From: Phoronis australis
Lineage: Eukaryota; Animalia; Phoronida
Assembly (NCBI GenBank): GCA_002633005.1
Contig: NMRA01000602.1
Coordinates: forward strand, 62,001 to 126,000
Direction: 5' to 3'
DNA length: 64,000 bases
The position numbers and the translations under genes were made by a program. Under the pieces are notes generated by a model, which searched no databases, was not told the origin of the DNA, and worked only from the letters and a program-made list of their open reading frames with translations. Of the stretch, positions 27,267 to 40,484 are shown piece by piece (within the stretch, counting starts at the first letter, position 1; every line of letters starts with the position of its first letter).

Positions 27267-28061
27267 CTGTAATTCAAATAAAGTGCAAAATTCAATTAAT
27301 TCGAACAATTTGTGACAGAAACTATGTTCTCTTGAACCACACTCAGACAAAAATGACCTCTTCGTTTGGTTTATGCTCATCCATGTAAGGTATTTATTGA
27401 TTTCTCACCAACATCAGCGAACATCTGAGCTTTGGCTGTCATTTGACAGGAACCAAGTCAACTCTGCAACGCAATATTGTCCACTAAGCCACATAGGCGG
27501 CAAACCAGAGCTTAAAAATCAACGCCTCTTAATAAAGACAACAGCTACTAATGAAATTAGTGAAATATTCACCGTTATTACATGTATAAAGTATTAGTCT
27601 TCAAAATTAGATGCTACATGTTGGTCAGGTCACGTGACCTATGGTTAAGTCTGAAAATATCTATTCTCTATTATTTAGCGGGTGAGCAGGTACTCCCCGC
27701 CAACCTGTTTCTTACGGGCCTTAGGTGGTGTTAGATTACAACCACAATTCTGTTCGCTTAAAAATTCAAAGTACATAGTTAAACAGCGGTGATGTACAAA
27801 TCAGTGTGTGATAGAATTGTGTAAGCAGTGTCCGTCATTCCTTTAGAATGTGTTCTTGAATAAATTTGATTTGCGAAGTGCTGTGGATGGGATAGTAAAC
27901 CATGATATTGACCGAAGTATTTCCACCGAAATACCATTGCTCGTGTGCGATTCGGTTCCCATTGAGTCGAAAATGGTTTGGCAGTGATGCAAACAGGTCT
28001 AAATACAGACTCTGATATCATTAAGTGTAAATGGACTACGATTAGATACAATAAAACTTAC

Positions 28062-28352
28062 CGTCACGTTGTGAATGCATTATAAACATTCTACCACCAT
28101 CACCACCGCACTTTTCCAACGGATTTCCAGTACATGATTCGTTACAGTCTTCTACTTCCTTCTGTTTTTTTCCAAAGAATTTGTCACCGCACCAACATTT
28201 ATTTCCCCCGTGAACGGCGGCAAATGCTTTGCGAAAGGCCCCACAGAAAGACTTACAAAGTTTATGACTATTCGAAGCACCTGCATACACTAAATTGGCT
28301 AGACCAAGAGATGTATACACCTTCCAACATTTATCAACTAGCTGCGGATGTT
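28062..28352 (-). CDS. WSC-cluster gene 3, WSC exon subtype B
   Basis: Acceptor TTTTTTCTACAG|, donor G|GTAAGT; 291 nt, phase 1-1. Reads HPQLVDKCWKVY...CKSFCGAFRKAFAAVHGGNKCWCGDK...CNESCTGNPLEKCGG. Confidence 0.92.
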
Positions 28353-30927
28353 CTGTAGAAAAAAGAAATGAAACGATATATTAAATCGTAAGGAAAATAT
28401 ACAATAGGTATCGGTTGAAGGATGTGTTTTGTTAATTTAAGTAAAACATTAGAGTGAATACGATTAATACGACTATCGGAAAATATGTTGTCAATCACAG
28501 AGTGCACTTAGAGCGGCGTTTACTTTACAATGAAGAACAGCCAAGCTGTAATGCATTGTGAGAACGAAATTGGAGCAGCATATGTGATTCACTCACGGGT
28601 GATATGACAAAATTACGCCTTTTAGCACAAAGTGTTGGATGGCAATTCTTCGAGCAAATGTCTCACAAAAACGCGAGATCACGCAAAACAACGCATACGA
28701 AAATACATTAGAAACAACCCTTATCATTCGAATCTTAAATGTTTTAAGGTTTGCATTCCCTTTGTTAAAAGTGATCGTTCCCATCTCATCTCAGAAATGG
28801 TGCCTAAGCTTTAAATGCAACCGTAAGAGGCTCACTAGCACCTAAAGACTCTGATAGAACTCCAGACAATCTTTGTAGAACAAACTGTACATTCAATATT
28901 TTCAGCAGGACAGCGCGTACGAAACAGCCATGGTAATAATGACCAAATGATACTTGTCTCTGGCCAAAAGGTCCAATTCATGATATGTCGAGATAGCGGA
29001 TGTGAGAAAGGAATGGAAAGCATATCTCAATTGTGTGGGTATAGATTTCAGTGGCTTTCCGTTTTTGTGTAACTAAAGCGTGCCAGTTCGTTCAGATTAA
29101 GTAGACAAAAACTAGAATGGAAGACCATTCTTTCTTCTTGTAACAGTTCATGATCTAATACATCTCTCTGTCGTAAGAATACTGACGTGGTTCAAAAAGT
29201 CGTTAGAAAAGAAAATCGGCTTTAATTTGGGTAGTCGTTGGCCAGAAGCATTGGCCATGTGCCCTGTTTTAATAGAGGTACAGCTGTATGTCATGGCAAA
29301 ATATTTGATGGTATTTTTTGGCCTGGCTGATCATATATTAAGTGTGAAAACCATTAAAATTTCATGATCTCGCAGGAATTTTTGTAGTCAGTCTATCAAT
29401 AAAACAACAATTTTCATGATAGGCTGGTCAACGCAGTATTCGACAAAGGCTCGATTAAACCTGCTTCAACATTGATTACATGTAGGTCTCGACAAAAGGT
29501 TAACATTGAAGAACGTGGGGTTGACTAAGGGTGTGTCCATTTACTGGCCATAACAATGCAGATCGACGGCGTTGTAGTTATTGTTGATGACACAGGCAGT
29601 GTTAAATCTTGCACGGTCACGGCAGACGGCGTCATCACTGTGATTGGCTGTTGCCTTACTTTGGGCAGGGTTGTAGCTAGCTTCAATGTCAATTGCGCCC
29701 ACAGATTCGTTTTTGTTGTCGGAGTCATCATTACCGACCGGTATCGGTCGCAGTTTCATCTGTATCGCAGGCAGCACTCTCTCGACTCATTAGGTGTTTC
29801 TCTTGTCTTTGGCCAGGAAGATGTCATTCAGATGGTTGACTACGATGGATTTATCAATATACTGTCGTGAGCATTGTAGCATGAGCTCCTTTACTACTGT
29901 TCAGTAACATGCAATACATTAAACAGTTTTAACTTAATCCTCGATTGATTGAATTGCAAGGCCACCTTACCTGATTGTTGCTGCGTCATATACTCGGAAA
30001 CCCAATGGTCGTCCGCCTAAGCATAAAACCGACTTGCTGTTGTACTCACCGAATTATTCCACTTCAAAGTTATGATCTGAATAGGATTCGATTTAACTCT
30101 CACAGATATACCGCATTCATCGATTCGGAAGTTTTCTTTAATTTGTGCCGAGTTATTTCAAATGTGCACTGCCTTCGGCAGCCATTTTATTGTGACACCT
30201 AAGGTCGTCATATGCTGCCCCCTTTTGTAAAAACTGAGAAACATGCAGAAAAAGGCCAACGAAGTAATGAAAATTGCAACAGCCTGTTTTTATTGACATA
30301 AACTCGATTTGAAGCTTTGATGTTGAGCTCTGCACTGTGGTTTCCAATAAAAGCCAATTGGACAACATTTCAATGCAGTTTAATGGTGAACGTGAGGCAA
30401 AAATGTTAAGAACCCAGCGTATCGCATTTGTCTGCGGATTTTTCCTTTGGCCTTCTAGATCCTACTAGTGCCTGGGACAAACAGATACATTGCATAAACA
30501 AACCCTGGATCATGTTTTGTGTCCCGTCGGAAGAAAATTTAAATTCGAAAACATCTTCTGAAAACGCACAAAAAAGTGTATTAGTAAAATCTACTGATTT
30601 TTAAGTGGTTTTAAAAAACAATCGGTAAACTCACCGATTTTTGTCTCATTACTTTGATACGTGTCTCTTCCGATAAGTTAGTACCTAACGTGCAGACGAG
30701 CACTCCAAATTGGAACGCTAAGTCCCGCGTGGTTGCGCTGCACGCGAAACAAGATGGCGGACGACCTTTGGAGCCTGACGACATGAGGTAACCGGACTAT
30801 ACATTGATGTCATATCCCATGTTTCAAATAACTCATGGCGTGTGTACGTTGCTACACTAGCGTTTTAAACAACCTAATCAATATTGCTTTTATTTATTAC
30901 AAAAACTCTTAGTTGTTTGAGACATAC

Positions 30928-31266
30928 CGAGGTTAAAACCAGACTCCATGATCAAATTTCTCAGTGGACCTCCACAATGTTGTATTCGGTCACCAGTGCA
31001 GCGCGCTTGGATGCATTCCGAATAATCTACCTCTCCATATCTGCCGTAGTGGTTCCCACACCAACATGTCTCCCCATTTTGAACAGCAGCGTATCCATAC
31101 CATAACTCCTTGCACGAGCGTCTACACGAAGATCCTGTCAACATGTTTGAGCTAGTTGTCACAGCATAGGCTAAGTCTGGACTTAGTGAAGAGTCTTTAA
31201 AACACCCAACTGTGCCAGGCGGTCTAGGCGGTTCAGTTGGTTCATCGTGTAGTTCAAAAAAGAAGC
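30928..31266 (-). CDS. WSC-cluster gene 3, WSC exon subtype A
   Basis: Acceptor CTGCTTCTAG|, donor G|GTATGT; 339 nt, phase 1-1. Reads FFFELHDEPTEPPRPPGTVGCFKDSSLSPDL...CRRSCKELWYGYAAVQNGETCWCGNHYGRYG...CTGDRIQHCGG. Confidence 0.92.
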
Positions 31267-32157
31267 CTAGAAGCAGAATACTTGTCAGTAATCAAGCTTG
31301 TGAAACACATCAAAGTCAACGAGAACAGCTCGTTATATTTTCTGGCTGGTCCAAATTCCTACGATGTGTACTGAACGTACCGTTTATGACGAAGCGATGA
31401 TGAACATTTTGCATAAAGTTCTCTGTTGAAACCAGTCGACATTATTAATTGGACAAGTCTGCCGCTTTTTATGTCATTCGTGTGTATATTGTACGTTTTT
31501 TCATTTGCAACAATATAGCAAAGTGTTTGCAAACTTACTTCTTTGCCTGCCGTTGCTGCACATGATGTTTCTACGCATGTACCATCAAGACCAAAATACT
31601 GAATGATTGACAGAAATCATGCATACAACACGTGACTATTACGCAGTTCGATGTGTATTACCTTTATAGTCAGCAAGCGAAACTTGATTACTCCCTAAAT
31701 AAAATTTAACTGGAAAACCGATGTGAGCTTTTACTGATCAATGTTGGGAGGAGGAGCGAGGGGGGTTTGTCAAGCTCAAAATTGCCCCTTTATTAAAGTT
31801 ATTAACGTTCGAAGTCGAGATTATTCTCTTTAAGACTGTCTTACAATGATGTAGTGACTTAGTAGGCTATTTCAGATCTTAAATAAACAAAATTCTCATT
31901 GGTTATTATATGTTTAAAAAGGGTTTACACTAGCCGCTGAAAAATACATGTAGGGTCACGTACAGAGAACAACTTCATGGATGTCTTCTTTCACGAAAGC
32001 CACATACGATTGATATGATTGTTTGATTAGTTAAACTGGTCATTATTAAAACTGGACATGAGAATTCTGTTAAAGAAATCAGGCTCTTGTTATAATTCGA
32101 TTTTGCAGCCTTCAACATAAAACAGTGTTTATGTTTATTCAAAATCCTCAACTCTAA

Positions 32158-33334
32158 CAGCCGATTTCATAAAGGTGGTTTAACAAAACCAGGCTTAAGA
32201 GTTAAACCTGGTCTTCCTAAACCTGGTCTAATTTTAGACCTAACTTGCATTTCACCAACATGGTTTGAGAGTCTGAAAGCCTGGTTTTGCTAGACCAGGG
32301 AGCTGGTTCAGTAGAACCAGGTTTAAAGTATCAAAGGCACCCCACTGTGTCGAGGTGGGTAAACCCAACAATGAAACTATTGAAGTGCTTCAATGAAACC
32401 TTGATCACGTGGGTATAGAATGGCATACACCAGTAGAATCAGTGCAGACATTTACGACAAAGGTCTAAAAGCTTTTCTCATGAGGAAAAAATGTAATTTG
32501 TGTGCCCAACGCACACACATTAAAGAACATGCTCATGATTAGATGCAACATGATAAATGCCCAAATTTATTTCCGTGACATTTTAGTTTTTATTTTTCTC
32601 GGCCAAAGGAGGGGGGCAAAACCCCTTCCCGGCAACATTGAATCGGAGAACAGTGGAGGTGGAACTCAGTCAGAAGAACCAGAGTATATTGTCTTAAGTC
32701 AAATCCGTAGGGTTTGCGACGATGACGCAATGCTCGACCAGTCGTATTCTGAAGAATCCGCAGGACACACTCCAGCACGTACTGGTCTACGCATAGACGG
32801 ATCCAGGGGGGTCAAGGGGTCCGGAGCCCCCTTTTTCCCTTGATTTTAATGATATCAAATCTATAATTTTCAAATTGTTGACTTGGTCCCCCCTTCCAAA
32901 AAGTCCTTGACCGTCCCCTCTCCTTTAAAAAATCCTGGATCCGCCCCTGCTACGTTTGATCTCGTGTCGTAGTAAACCTGGATAATGAAAATAGTCCATT
33001 TTCATTCTAAAACTGCGTCGTAATTGCACACCGCGGCATCGTTCAGTTGTACCTATACCATGCAAGTCTGACCTATTTAACAGTTAAACCTGGGTCTGAC
33101 CAAGTCTAAAGTTAAACATGGTTTAAGATCTTAATACAGGTCTAAAGAATATAGACCTCGTTGGAGAAATGAAAACTGACTTAGACCAGGTCTAAACTGG
33201 AGTTAAACCAGGTTTTACAAGACCACTGGTCTAAAACTTAAAACCACCTTTATGAAATGCAGATTATCATTAAACCTTGTCTAAGTCCAGTTTAAACCTG
33301 ATTTAACTTGAAAACACCTTTATGAAATCGGCTG
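32158..33334. mobile_element. Non-autonomous PIF/Harbinger-type DNA transposon
   Basis: Perfect TIR CAGCCGATTTCATAAAGGTG (32158) / CACCTTTATGAAATCGGCTG (ends 33334), flanked by TAA on both sides (3-bp TWA TSD typical of Harbinger). Subterminal AAACCTGGT/ACCAGG repeats; nested GGATCC-type short repeat at ~32797-32949. Confidence 0.85.
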
Positions 33335-33376
33335 TAAAAGTCTCACGCTAAACGTAAGCAGTCTCCGACTGTCACA

Positions 33377-34265
33377 GATTGTTCTCAAACCTCCTCAAAT
33401 CCCACGACACCCAACACCCCACGACTTCCGAAACCATCGACCCACCACCACCTCGACGGCCGACCCAAGGCCCACACCCCCTCGAGCCACGGCCCAAACC
33501 CCCCTCGATCCAGTCTACACAACCTCGATTTGATCTTAACATAGAACAAGCACTCTGAGTAGCAGGACCAACGAGTTGGGCCGTGAGCTTGGTTGGCATT
33601 TCCCTGCTTTTTGCAATCAAGAGGGTTTATTCGGCAAGTCTGAAAGGCAAAAAAAAAGCTACGCGATCAATTTAAATCACAGACTTTCCAACGTTACAAA
33701 TGTTCCCTGCAATGCGTATCCGTAACGTCTGCTGTTCAGTGGATGGCAGACGGAAGCTATTTTGGGAGTGCGCGAGGAACAAACGAACATGCATTGTGTA
33801 TTTACTTCATTAAATACAGTTTAAAACAAACCGTTAACTAAACAGAACGTCAATGTTAGATGAAGTATATTGAGAACGAGTATATAACAGAAAACAAACT
33901 AGGAAATGTGAAAATACTCCCATTCACGTTAACGTACTATATCCCAAAGTTTACTGGAACAGGGCCATTGGTAGCCGTTTGTGGAACTATTCCCGTAACA
34001 ACTACAGGACGCTCACATTTCGCTACATCAGAACATGTTCTAAAACCCTTTTCTGTTTTGAACTATCAGACTTGAGCCAGAGCAGAATTGCGTGTAGGAA
34101 AGTCTTTTGGGGAAGTCATTCAGGGACGTAATATGATTACGAAACGTGTGAAAATCGCAAAGATATGTCTATTGGCACATGTCGTGGGTCGGATCGTGCA
34201 GGTCGTTGGGATCATGGGTCGATGGGGTCGTGAGGTGTGGAAGTCGAGGAGGTTTTAGAACAATC
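33377..34265. mobile_element. MITE-like TIR element, dispersed family copy 1
   Basis: Termini GATTGTTCT.AAACCTCCTC / GAGGAGGTTTTAGAACAATC with C-rich and G-rich subterminal repeats; internal homology to 34972-35783 (inverted) and 56964-58063. Confidence 0.7.
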
Positions 34266-34610
34266 CGATGACATATGTGATTCGCATGATTCGGTAAGAT
34301 TCGTATTCAAACTTGTCCGTAACCTCAATTTTTAAATTGTGTTTGTTTAACCTGATAGCGTGACTGGGATTTTTTCAATTAATCTTAGAACAAGAGCCCG
34401 GTTGCCAAAACTCAAAAAAAAGCTGACTGCGGAGTGTAAACGACTCGATGGAGTTAGGCTGAGTAAGGATGAGGGAGTGTGTAGTGGTTTGAGAGGGGTG
34501 GGCGGCTCAAATGTTCAAAGTTCATTTAAACTCTAGTTTTCACAATCTGATTCTAGTACACGTAGGTCTCAATATGTTGGCAATCATTTGAAATAACTAG
34601 GAGTACGTAC

Positions 34611-34649
34611 CGTTAACTGTGATCAAAACGGCCATGAAGAAAGTCGCAT
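34611..34649 (-). CDS. Gene 3, 39-nt micro-exon encoding the signal-peptide hydrophobic region
   Basis: TTTTTCAG|...|GTACGT, phase 1-1, encodes (D)ATFFMAVLITVN(G); same length as and homologous to the gene 2 micro-exon. Confidence 0.8.
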
Positions 34650-34971
34650 CTGAAAAATATACATTGATATTTAGTTTAGAAGCAAGTGAAACATATATAA
34701 TGTCTCTACGAACAACATATACTCTTTTTGCCAGCTCCCAGCAATTACTAACAGTCAAAAGAAAAGTTTGTAATCTATTCGTTCTTACTAATAGCTAGCT
34801 CCCACAAACTCAATTGGTCCACGCCCACTATTTTAGTTATCGGGCAAAGAAAGTTAGATATTCGTCGACTAGGCAGCACCCTCTGATATGCCACAGTGAG
34901 AAAAAGATGGGAAAATTCATCCACGTATGCTCTGCATCGAATTAATTGATGTCAATCCTACATCATTCGAT

Positions 34972-35783
34972 GGGATTGTACTAAGTCCCCTCAACCCCCA
35001 CACCCAACGACCCCCTGGACCCACAACACCCACGATCCAGAACCATCTCGACCTTAAAAATGTCCCCATACACGTATCTTTTATCTTTTTACACATTTAA
35101 TAATTATATTACGTCGCTGATTGACTTTTCCATGAGACTTACCTACACGAATATGTCCAACGCTGGTGGTAGAAAACAGAAAGTGGCGCAAGAACATGCT
35201 GAACTTGCGAGGTATGACCGTGCTATAGTTGCCACGGAAATACATGTAGTTCCACGAACGGCTACAAATGGCCTTGTTTTACTAATCTCAGGGAGAGAGT
35301 ACGTTAACGTGAATGAACGTTGTTTTACATTTCAATATTTTCATCCTGTTCTATACTGGTTCAGAACATACTTCAGGCCACGTTAACATACTTTTTAGTT
35401 ACCAATTTGCTTTTCAAACTGTATTTACTGAAGATATTACATATTTGCCGGTTTCTTGCACTCTCCAAAAAAGCTTGGGTCTGCCATTAACTGAAAAGCA
35501 GACGAGACGATAACACTGTACCGGGAATTATATTTGTAACGTCGGTAGGTCTTTGTTTTGACCTTGTCACGTATTTCTGTCCTAGGCATTCAAACTTAAC
35601 GAATTGACTCTCTTGATTGCAAAAAGCAATGGAAGGCCAACCAACCTCGTGGCTCGACTAGTTGGTCATGCAAGTCAGCACTTGTACTATGTTCAGATCG
35701 AGTCGAGATTGTGTAGACTGGGTTGAGGTGATTGTGGGCTGTGGGTTAGGGGGGTTAGGGGGTTAGGAGTCTTTAGTCCATTG
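34972..35783. mobile_element. MITE-like TIR element, dispersed family copy 2 (inverted relative to copy 1)
   Basis: For example TAGTTCCACGAACGGCTAC (~35247) is the near reverse complement of GTAGCCGTTTGTGGAACTA (~33971); same terminal structure. Confidence 0.65.
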
Positions 35784-37904
35784 CAGATAGATGCGACACT
35801 GAATAAAGTGAGTGGAAAGTACGAAGCCAGATTACAAACTGATCCCCCTACTGACCAATTAAAAATAATCTCTGAGTACATTTAGTGCTATGCTACATTT
35901 ATGAAAAAGTCACTGTCACTGCCTCACGTGTGCCTAATAGTCAACAGTGTAGAAAAAATGTTATTTCACTCTGCCATCGTCGATCACGGTTCCAGCAAGA
36001 TGTCATTGGGTAATTGAACAATTCATAATAGCGCCACATTTTAAAACTTCGACAAATCGCAATTCTATTGTAACACAGGCTCAAAAAATCAATCCCACAT
36101 TTCTGTCCAGATGTTTTGCAATGATGTACAATGTTTTGTTGCTGACTCAACATTTTTTTTTAAACATAATGTATATCTCATACTCCGCTTCGTATAAAAC
36201 AAGACAAAAAGGGCGGAACTCGCTTACAAGCTTGCAAACTACAACTGTAATTCTACAATATGTTTGTAATCATTGTTCCATTTTTCGCTTTTAAAAACTG
36301 CTACCATTACCGCCTTATCAAAATGATTACACATAAAGCTAATGAACTGAAGCACACATATCAAGACTTTTAATTGACTCATAGGTCATGCCAGACGTGC
36401 TACGTTTCATACGCAAATGTACAGTTGTCTGACGAATTTACATGTAAACATGCACTGCTTACGCAATTGCTGCTTGGCAAACGTAAGGGTAAAGTTCAAA
36501 AACTTTAGGAGACCACTAGGACATCGGAAGATTTTTCAAGGTACTTAGCGCATTTTTAATGAAACTTCGTGGTTTTGATCTGATATTTTTCGTCGTTACA
36601 GTAGGCTCCATTAAGATAATCCATAACGCAAGGGATAGTTCGGGAATTATTGAGATTCAGCGTGTCTGCTTTTGATTTGTAAGTGTCCACTGGAGGTCTA
36701 ATGGGCTGTCGAAGAAGCAACTTTTCTGTGTATCACTCTCTCAACATCATGTGTTCCTTGTTTTGAAGAAAATTGAAAAAAGTATGCATGAAATTTTACG
36801 ACTGTGAGCCTCTTTCAGTGTTTGCTTGTTTATCTCTCAATAAACGACCATACTTCACACAAGCAGATGGACAAAATGTCTGCTGTTTTATCTGCGATAG
36901 GCATTGTTCATTCACCGATAGGCACTGTTCCTCTTTGGATGTCCGTAAATGGTTAATGTATACATGTATCTACAAAGCCCTAAGTGCCTATGTGTCAACT
37001 ATAACACTTGTAAAGTTAATTCCTTCAGTATGTTAAGAGCCAAAAGAAACATACTGTTAGGCATATTAGCTTGCTTTTGTCTACATCATCGCGGGAATCA
37101 CATTTTAATTCAAACAGCTGCGAATAACACCCACAAGCAAACGTATTCTATCCACACCCCTATTCAGCGCTACTGTTTTCGGCCTTATGTTGTTGGTGCA
37201 GGGATCTTGGGATGGCACAATATAGCACGAAAATGCAACTTCATCTGTTATTTGAAGGGCCTACATTTGAATGATTAGACTCATGTTTTCTTATTTTGCT
37301 AAAGCATTGCTAGGGCTATCTGGTTAGCCAACTACATGTAGATCAACGTTGAAGTAATTCTTTACAACCGCACGTCGTAGCTTTTTGGAAGCAAACGATG
37401 TTTATGATACAAAGACGACGAATTAAATAAACCCCTGTCGAAAAGTTGAAATGAATTTTTATCTCTGGTAAAAACACCCGCATGGATCTCAGTGAAAATT
37501 TTGCAGACAAATTATAAACTAATAATTGTCAATGAAATAAAAAACAAATATTTCCATCGCATTAGTAATCTCTGAAAGTTGATAAGGTTAAAATTCTATA
37601 CAGTTCAACAATGCATCATCTTCACGTGAAAACGGTTGTAATTGCATAAACGTTTATATAGATTGTGACAATTGAAAACAACTTCACTAAAAATAGTGTG
37701 ACGCAGGAATTTTTTTGAACTATGAGGCACGTGTTTAGAAATCAGAAACGATTATGTGACTTTGGCATCATCGATGATATAGACAATAGCAGCAACAGTT
37801 GTCACTGAGCTATGAAAATGATCGTCTTGGACGTAATTATATCATAAGAACTGGGGGAGTACTGATTATGAACATCGGTGAAATTTAGGCTACAATACTA
37901 TTAC

Positions 37905-37938
37905 CCAAGCCAAACATTCGTGCGTGCTTGTTCTTCAT
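37905..37938 (-). CDS. Gene 3, first coding exon (34 nt CDS)
   Basis: MKNKHARMFGL, donor G|GTAATA. The spliced model 34+39+339+291+374 = 1077 nt is a continuous ORF of 358 aa. Confidence 0.8.
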
Positions 37939-38005
37939 CTCGACACGTTTTCCTGCGTAACAGTGTGATCTCCTGTATAAACGTATGCATGTAGAAAGCT
38001 ATCCA

Positions 38006-38026
38006 TTTATATCGCTGTAACACCTG
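38006..38026 (-). promoter_or_regulatory. Gene 3 core promoter: CAGGTGTTAC-N5-TATAAA
   Basis: Minus strand CAGGTGTTAC-AGCGA-TATAAA(TGG), about 68 nt upstream of the ATG. Confidence 0.72.
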
Positions 38027-38589
38027 CATTGCTTATGGACAACTTCCTAAATATACTGCTGGTTCCTGAATCTGTCACTGCCACTGCTAATTAATACCAT
38101 GTTGCAATTGACAACGGACATTTCAATTTCCTTTTGATTCCCCATTGACCATCTGGCGCTAATGACACGTTAGTGTGGAAACGATTTAATTATTTATTGT
38201 CAGTTTACTGGTAGATAGTGATGTTACTCTTGTTACTATATACAGCCCCCACTCTGAAATCTTGCCCTGTGAAGTCTAGTCACAAATATACAATACATGA
38301 ACCTTTATGCGGTGTTTATTTCTTATCGTTTGGAAATAGGGTACTGTCGAAGCAGTTTTTTTGACATGGGCAGTTTCACGTATCCTAGCTGGCCTTGTAC
38401 ATTCATACTTCATTCTCGGCCTATTTGCAGTACATCTAGAAATAACAAACTTGTGATAGGTCAAATTTGGTGGCAGTTTTTTGGTAGGCATTACACGACG
38501 GTTCAGTTAATCTAATTAGCTTTTATTTGTGAACATGTTATGAACGAGAAAAGTTAAAAAGCACTGTTGTAGAAACACTTTCTTTAAAA

Positions 38590-39090
38590 TGGCAGATCCC
38601 TGTATCAATGTCGCATTGGTGCGTAGCGACTGAAGCAATTGCTGCGATTGCAGGTGGACTAAGAATTGCAATCGACAACGAATCGGTCGCAGCGGTCGAC
38701 GAAACAAAGAAAGAACGGCTAGATTTATTGCAGAGGCCGTTAGCTATAAATATGTTTTCGCGAAGCAAAACTTACCATTTCGACGTCTCCATGAGTACGA
38801 CCCATCTTTGCCTGACCCTGACCCTGGTGGGATTGGAGCAACCTGTGGTGAGATCTTATCTATCTCCTTAGATTCAGAGTGGAATTATTCATGTGATGGT
38901 GGACAATGTTCGGGAAATACGAAATTAAGTCAGCCAACTACTACAGAATGACGTTTGAGAGCACGCTGGACGAATTCCCAACAGACCAAATCTTGGATGG
39001 TGCAATGCAGAAGAATTCTTGGGTTTTTGCGGTTGATATCTGCGATGATATCATACGACTGGTGACGATTTGACAATTCATTGTGTCGTA
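38590..39090 (+). pseudogene. Possible decayed Harbinger-type transposase N-terminal fragment
   Basis: Fragments NYYRMTFE (~38936) and AEEF...YHTTGDD (~39007-39070) resemble NYFRMS..TF and EERL..TLRYLATGDS; multiple stops and frameshifts. Confidence 0.3.
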
Positions 39091-40484
39091 ACTATGGCAG
39101 GAGTACACGAGGGAGTATATACTAGGAATTAAGCGCTATTTTAATGGCTGTAATGATCAGTCGTTAAACTTATCTGGACAACACTCACTATTATGCGTGT
39201 CATTCTTCGGAGAGTTTTATTCGATTTCCTTCTCATTTACTTACTTATTTCAACGGTACAGTGGAGCATCTGTTCAAAGAGTAGTAACTGAAAGGTGAAA
39301 CGCTCCTGGGTTTGCTGACAAAGTGGCCATGGACAAATACGATGAGGCTCTTATATGTGTTCAAGATAAGAATAGCGACGCAAGAGATTCTGGAGAACGT
39401 CTCCGCATTGCCATTGGTAACTTCGGTTTCAAATGGTATTGATACATATGAAGCGAGGTACATGTATATCGCGAAGTCAATGACACCCAAGAATACTTGC
39501 AAATCAAGAGCTTAGGAGTCGTTACAAAAATTGAGTCGTTGAAAGTTTTTCCTAACAGAAACGTCCGAAAAACGTTCGAAATGCCATTGAACAGGCAGCC
39601 AAGAAAGTCCAAGTGCATGGCATCGCAGTGCAAAAACTCGTTCGAATGAAAATATAATGGGTGGCGAACAGTCCTCAGATTCGGATCTATCGTTGACGGA
39701 CCAAAATAGATGAGGAATGCCCGAATGCTTGAACACATTATTTATTGAGTTGAATTTCAGGTCGCAAACAATGCTGCAAATCGTCGGTTTTTGGAAGTAA
39801 TCTTAACCACTGACTTGGTCAATTCACCGAAGATTGCATAAAGTGATATAACTTGCTGGTGTTAATGACAAAATTTGTAAATCCCAAAAGATAGCCGGGA
39901 TTGTAAAAGGCACTTGGAAGCAGCTGAAATTGACATATTGCCAGGATTTTGAGTGGCCAATTAAATCACCAATCAATACACAGTATTCTTGATACACCTT
40001 CCTTTCGAAACCACCATTTTACCAGACGAACAATACGTTGCCGGGTAAAACTTATTTTTTGTTTGTAAACATTTCGCAGGTAGGAGGAGTTTGCGATAGG
40101 ACAATTTAAGGGCTGAGTGTCAAGAAATGGACTTCACTGGTCGTACTTAAATTTATTTGCGAACGGGAGTTTCAGCAGTCACCCTCAAACTTAGTCAAGT
40201 CCTAAAAGTTGTTTCTGACATGTGTATATCTGTGGCCTCTATCAAAAGAGCCTTTCTAAGCTAATGTTCATTAAACGGTATATAGATTTTGAGGTTTCCA
40301 TTGAAGAATTTGCATTTATCTGGAAACCATGTCTGACTCTTCATGGCACGGAAGTTGAATGGAGGCGTATTCTACCTAAAGGCCACCTTTAGATAAACTT
40401 CGTCCATTCAATTGTCAAGTATACTCTGCATGTACCTATGATCAACACAGCCAGAAACAAGCCAACAAAACGTAGGTTTACGTG

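Noticed and set aside
31530-31620. Candidate upstream exon of gene 3 with GTAAGT donor
   Set aside because: The only open frame ends in phase 0 and is not signal-like; better homologous exons exist at 34611 and 37905.
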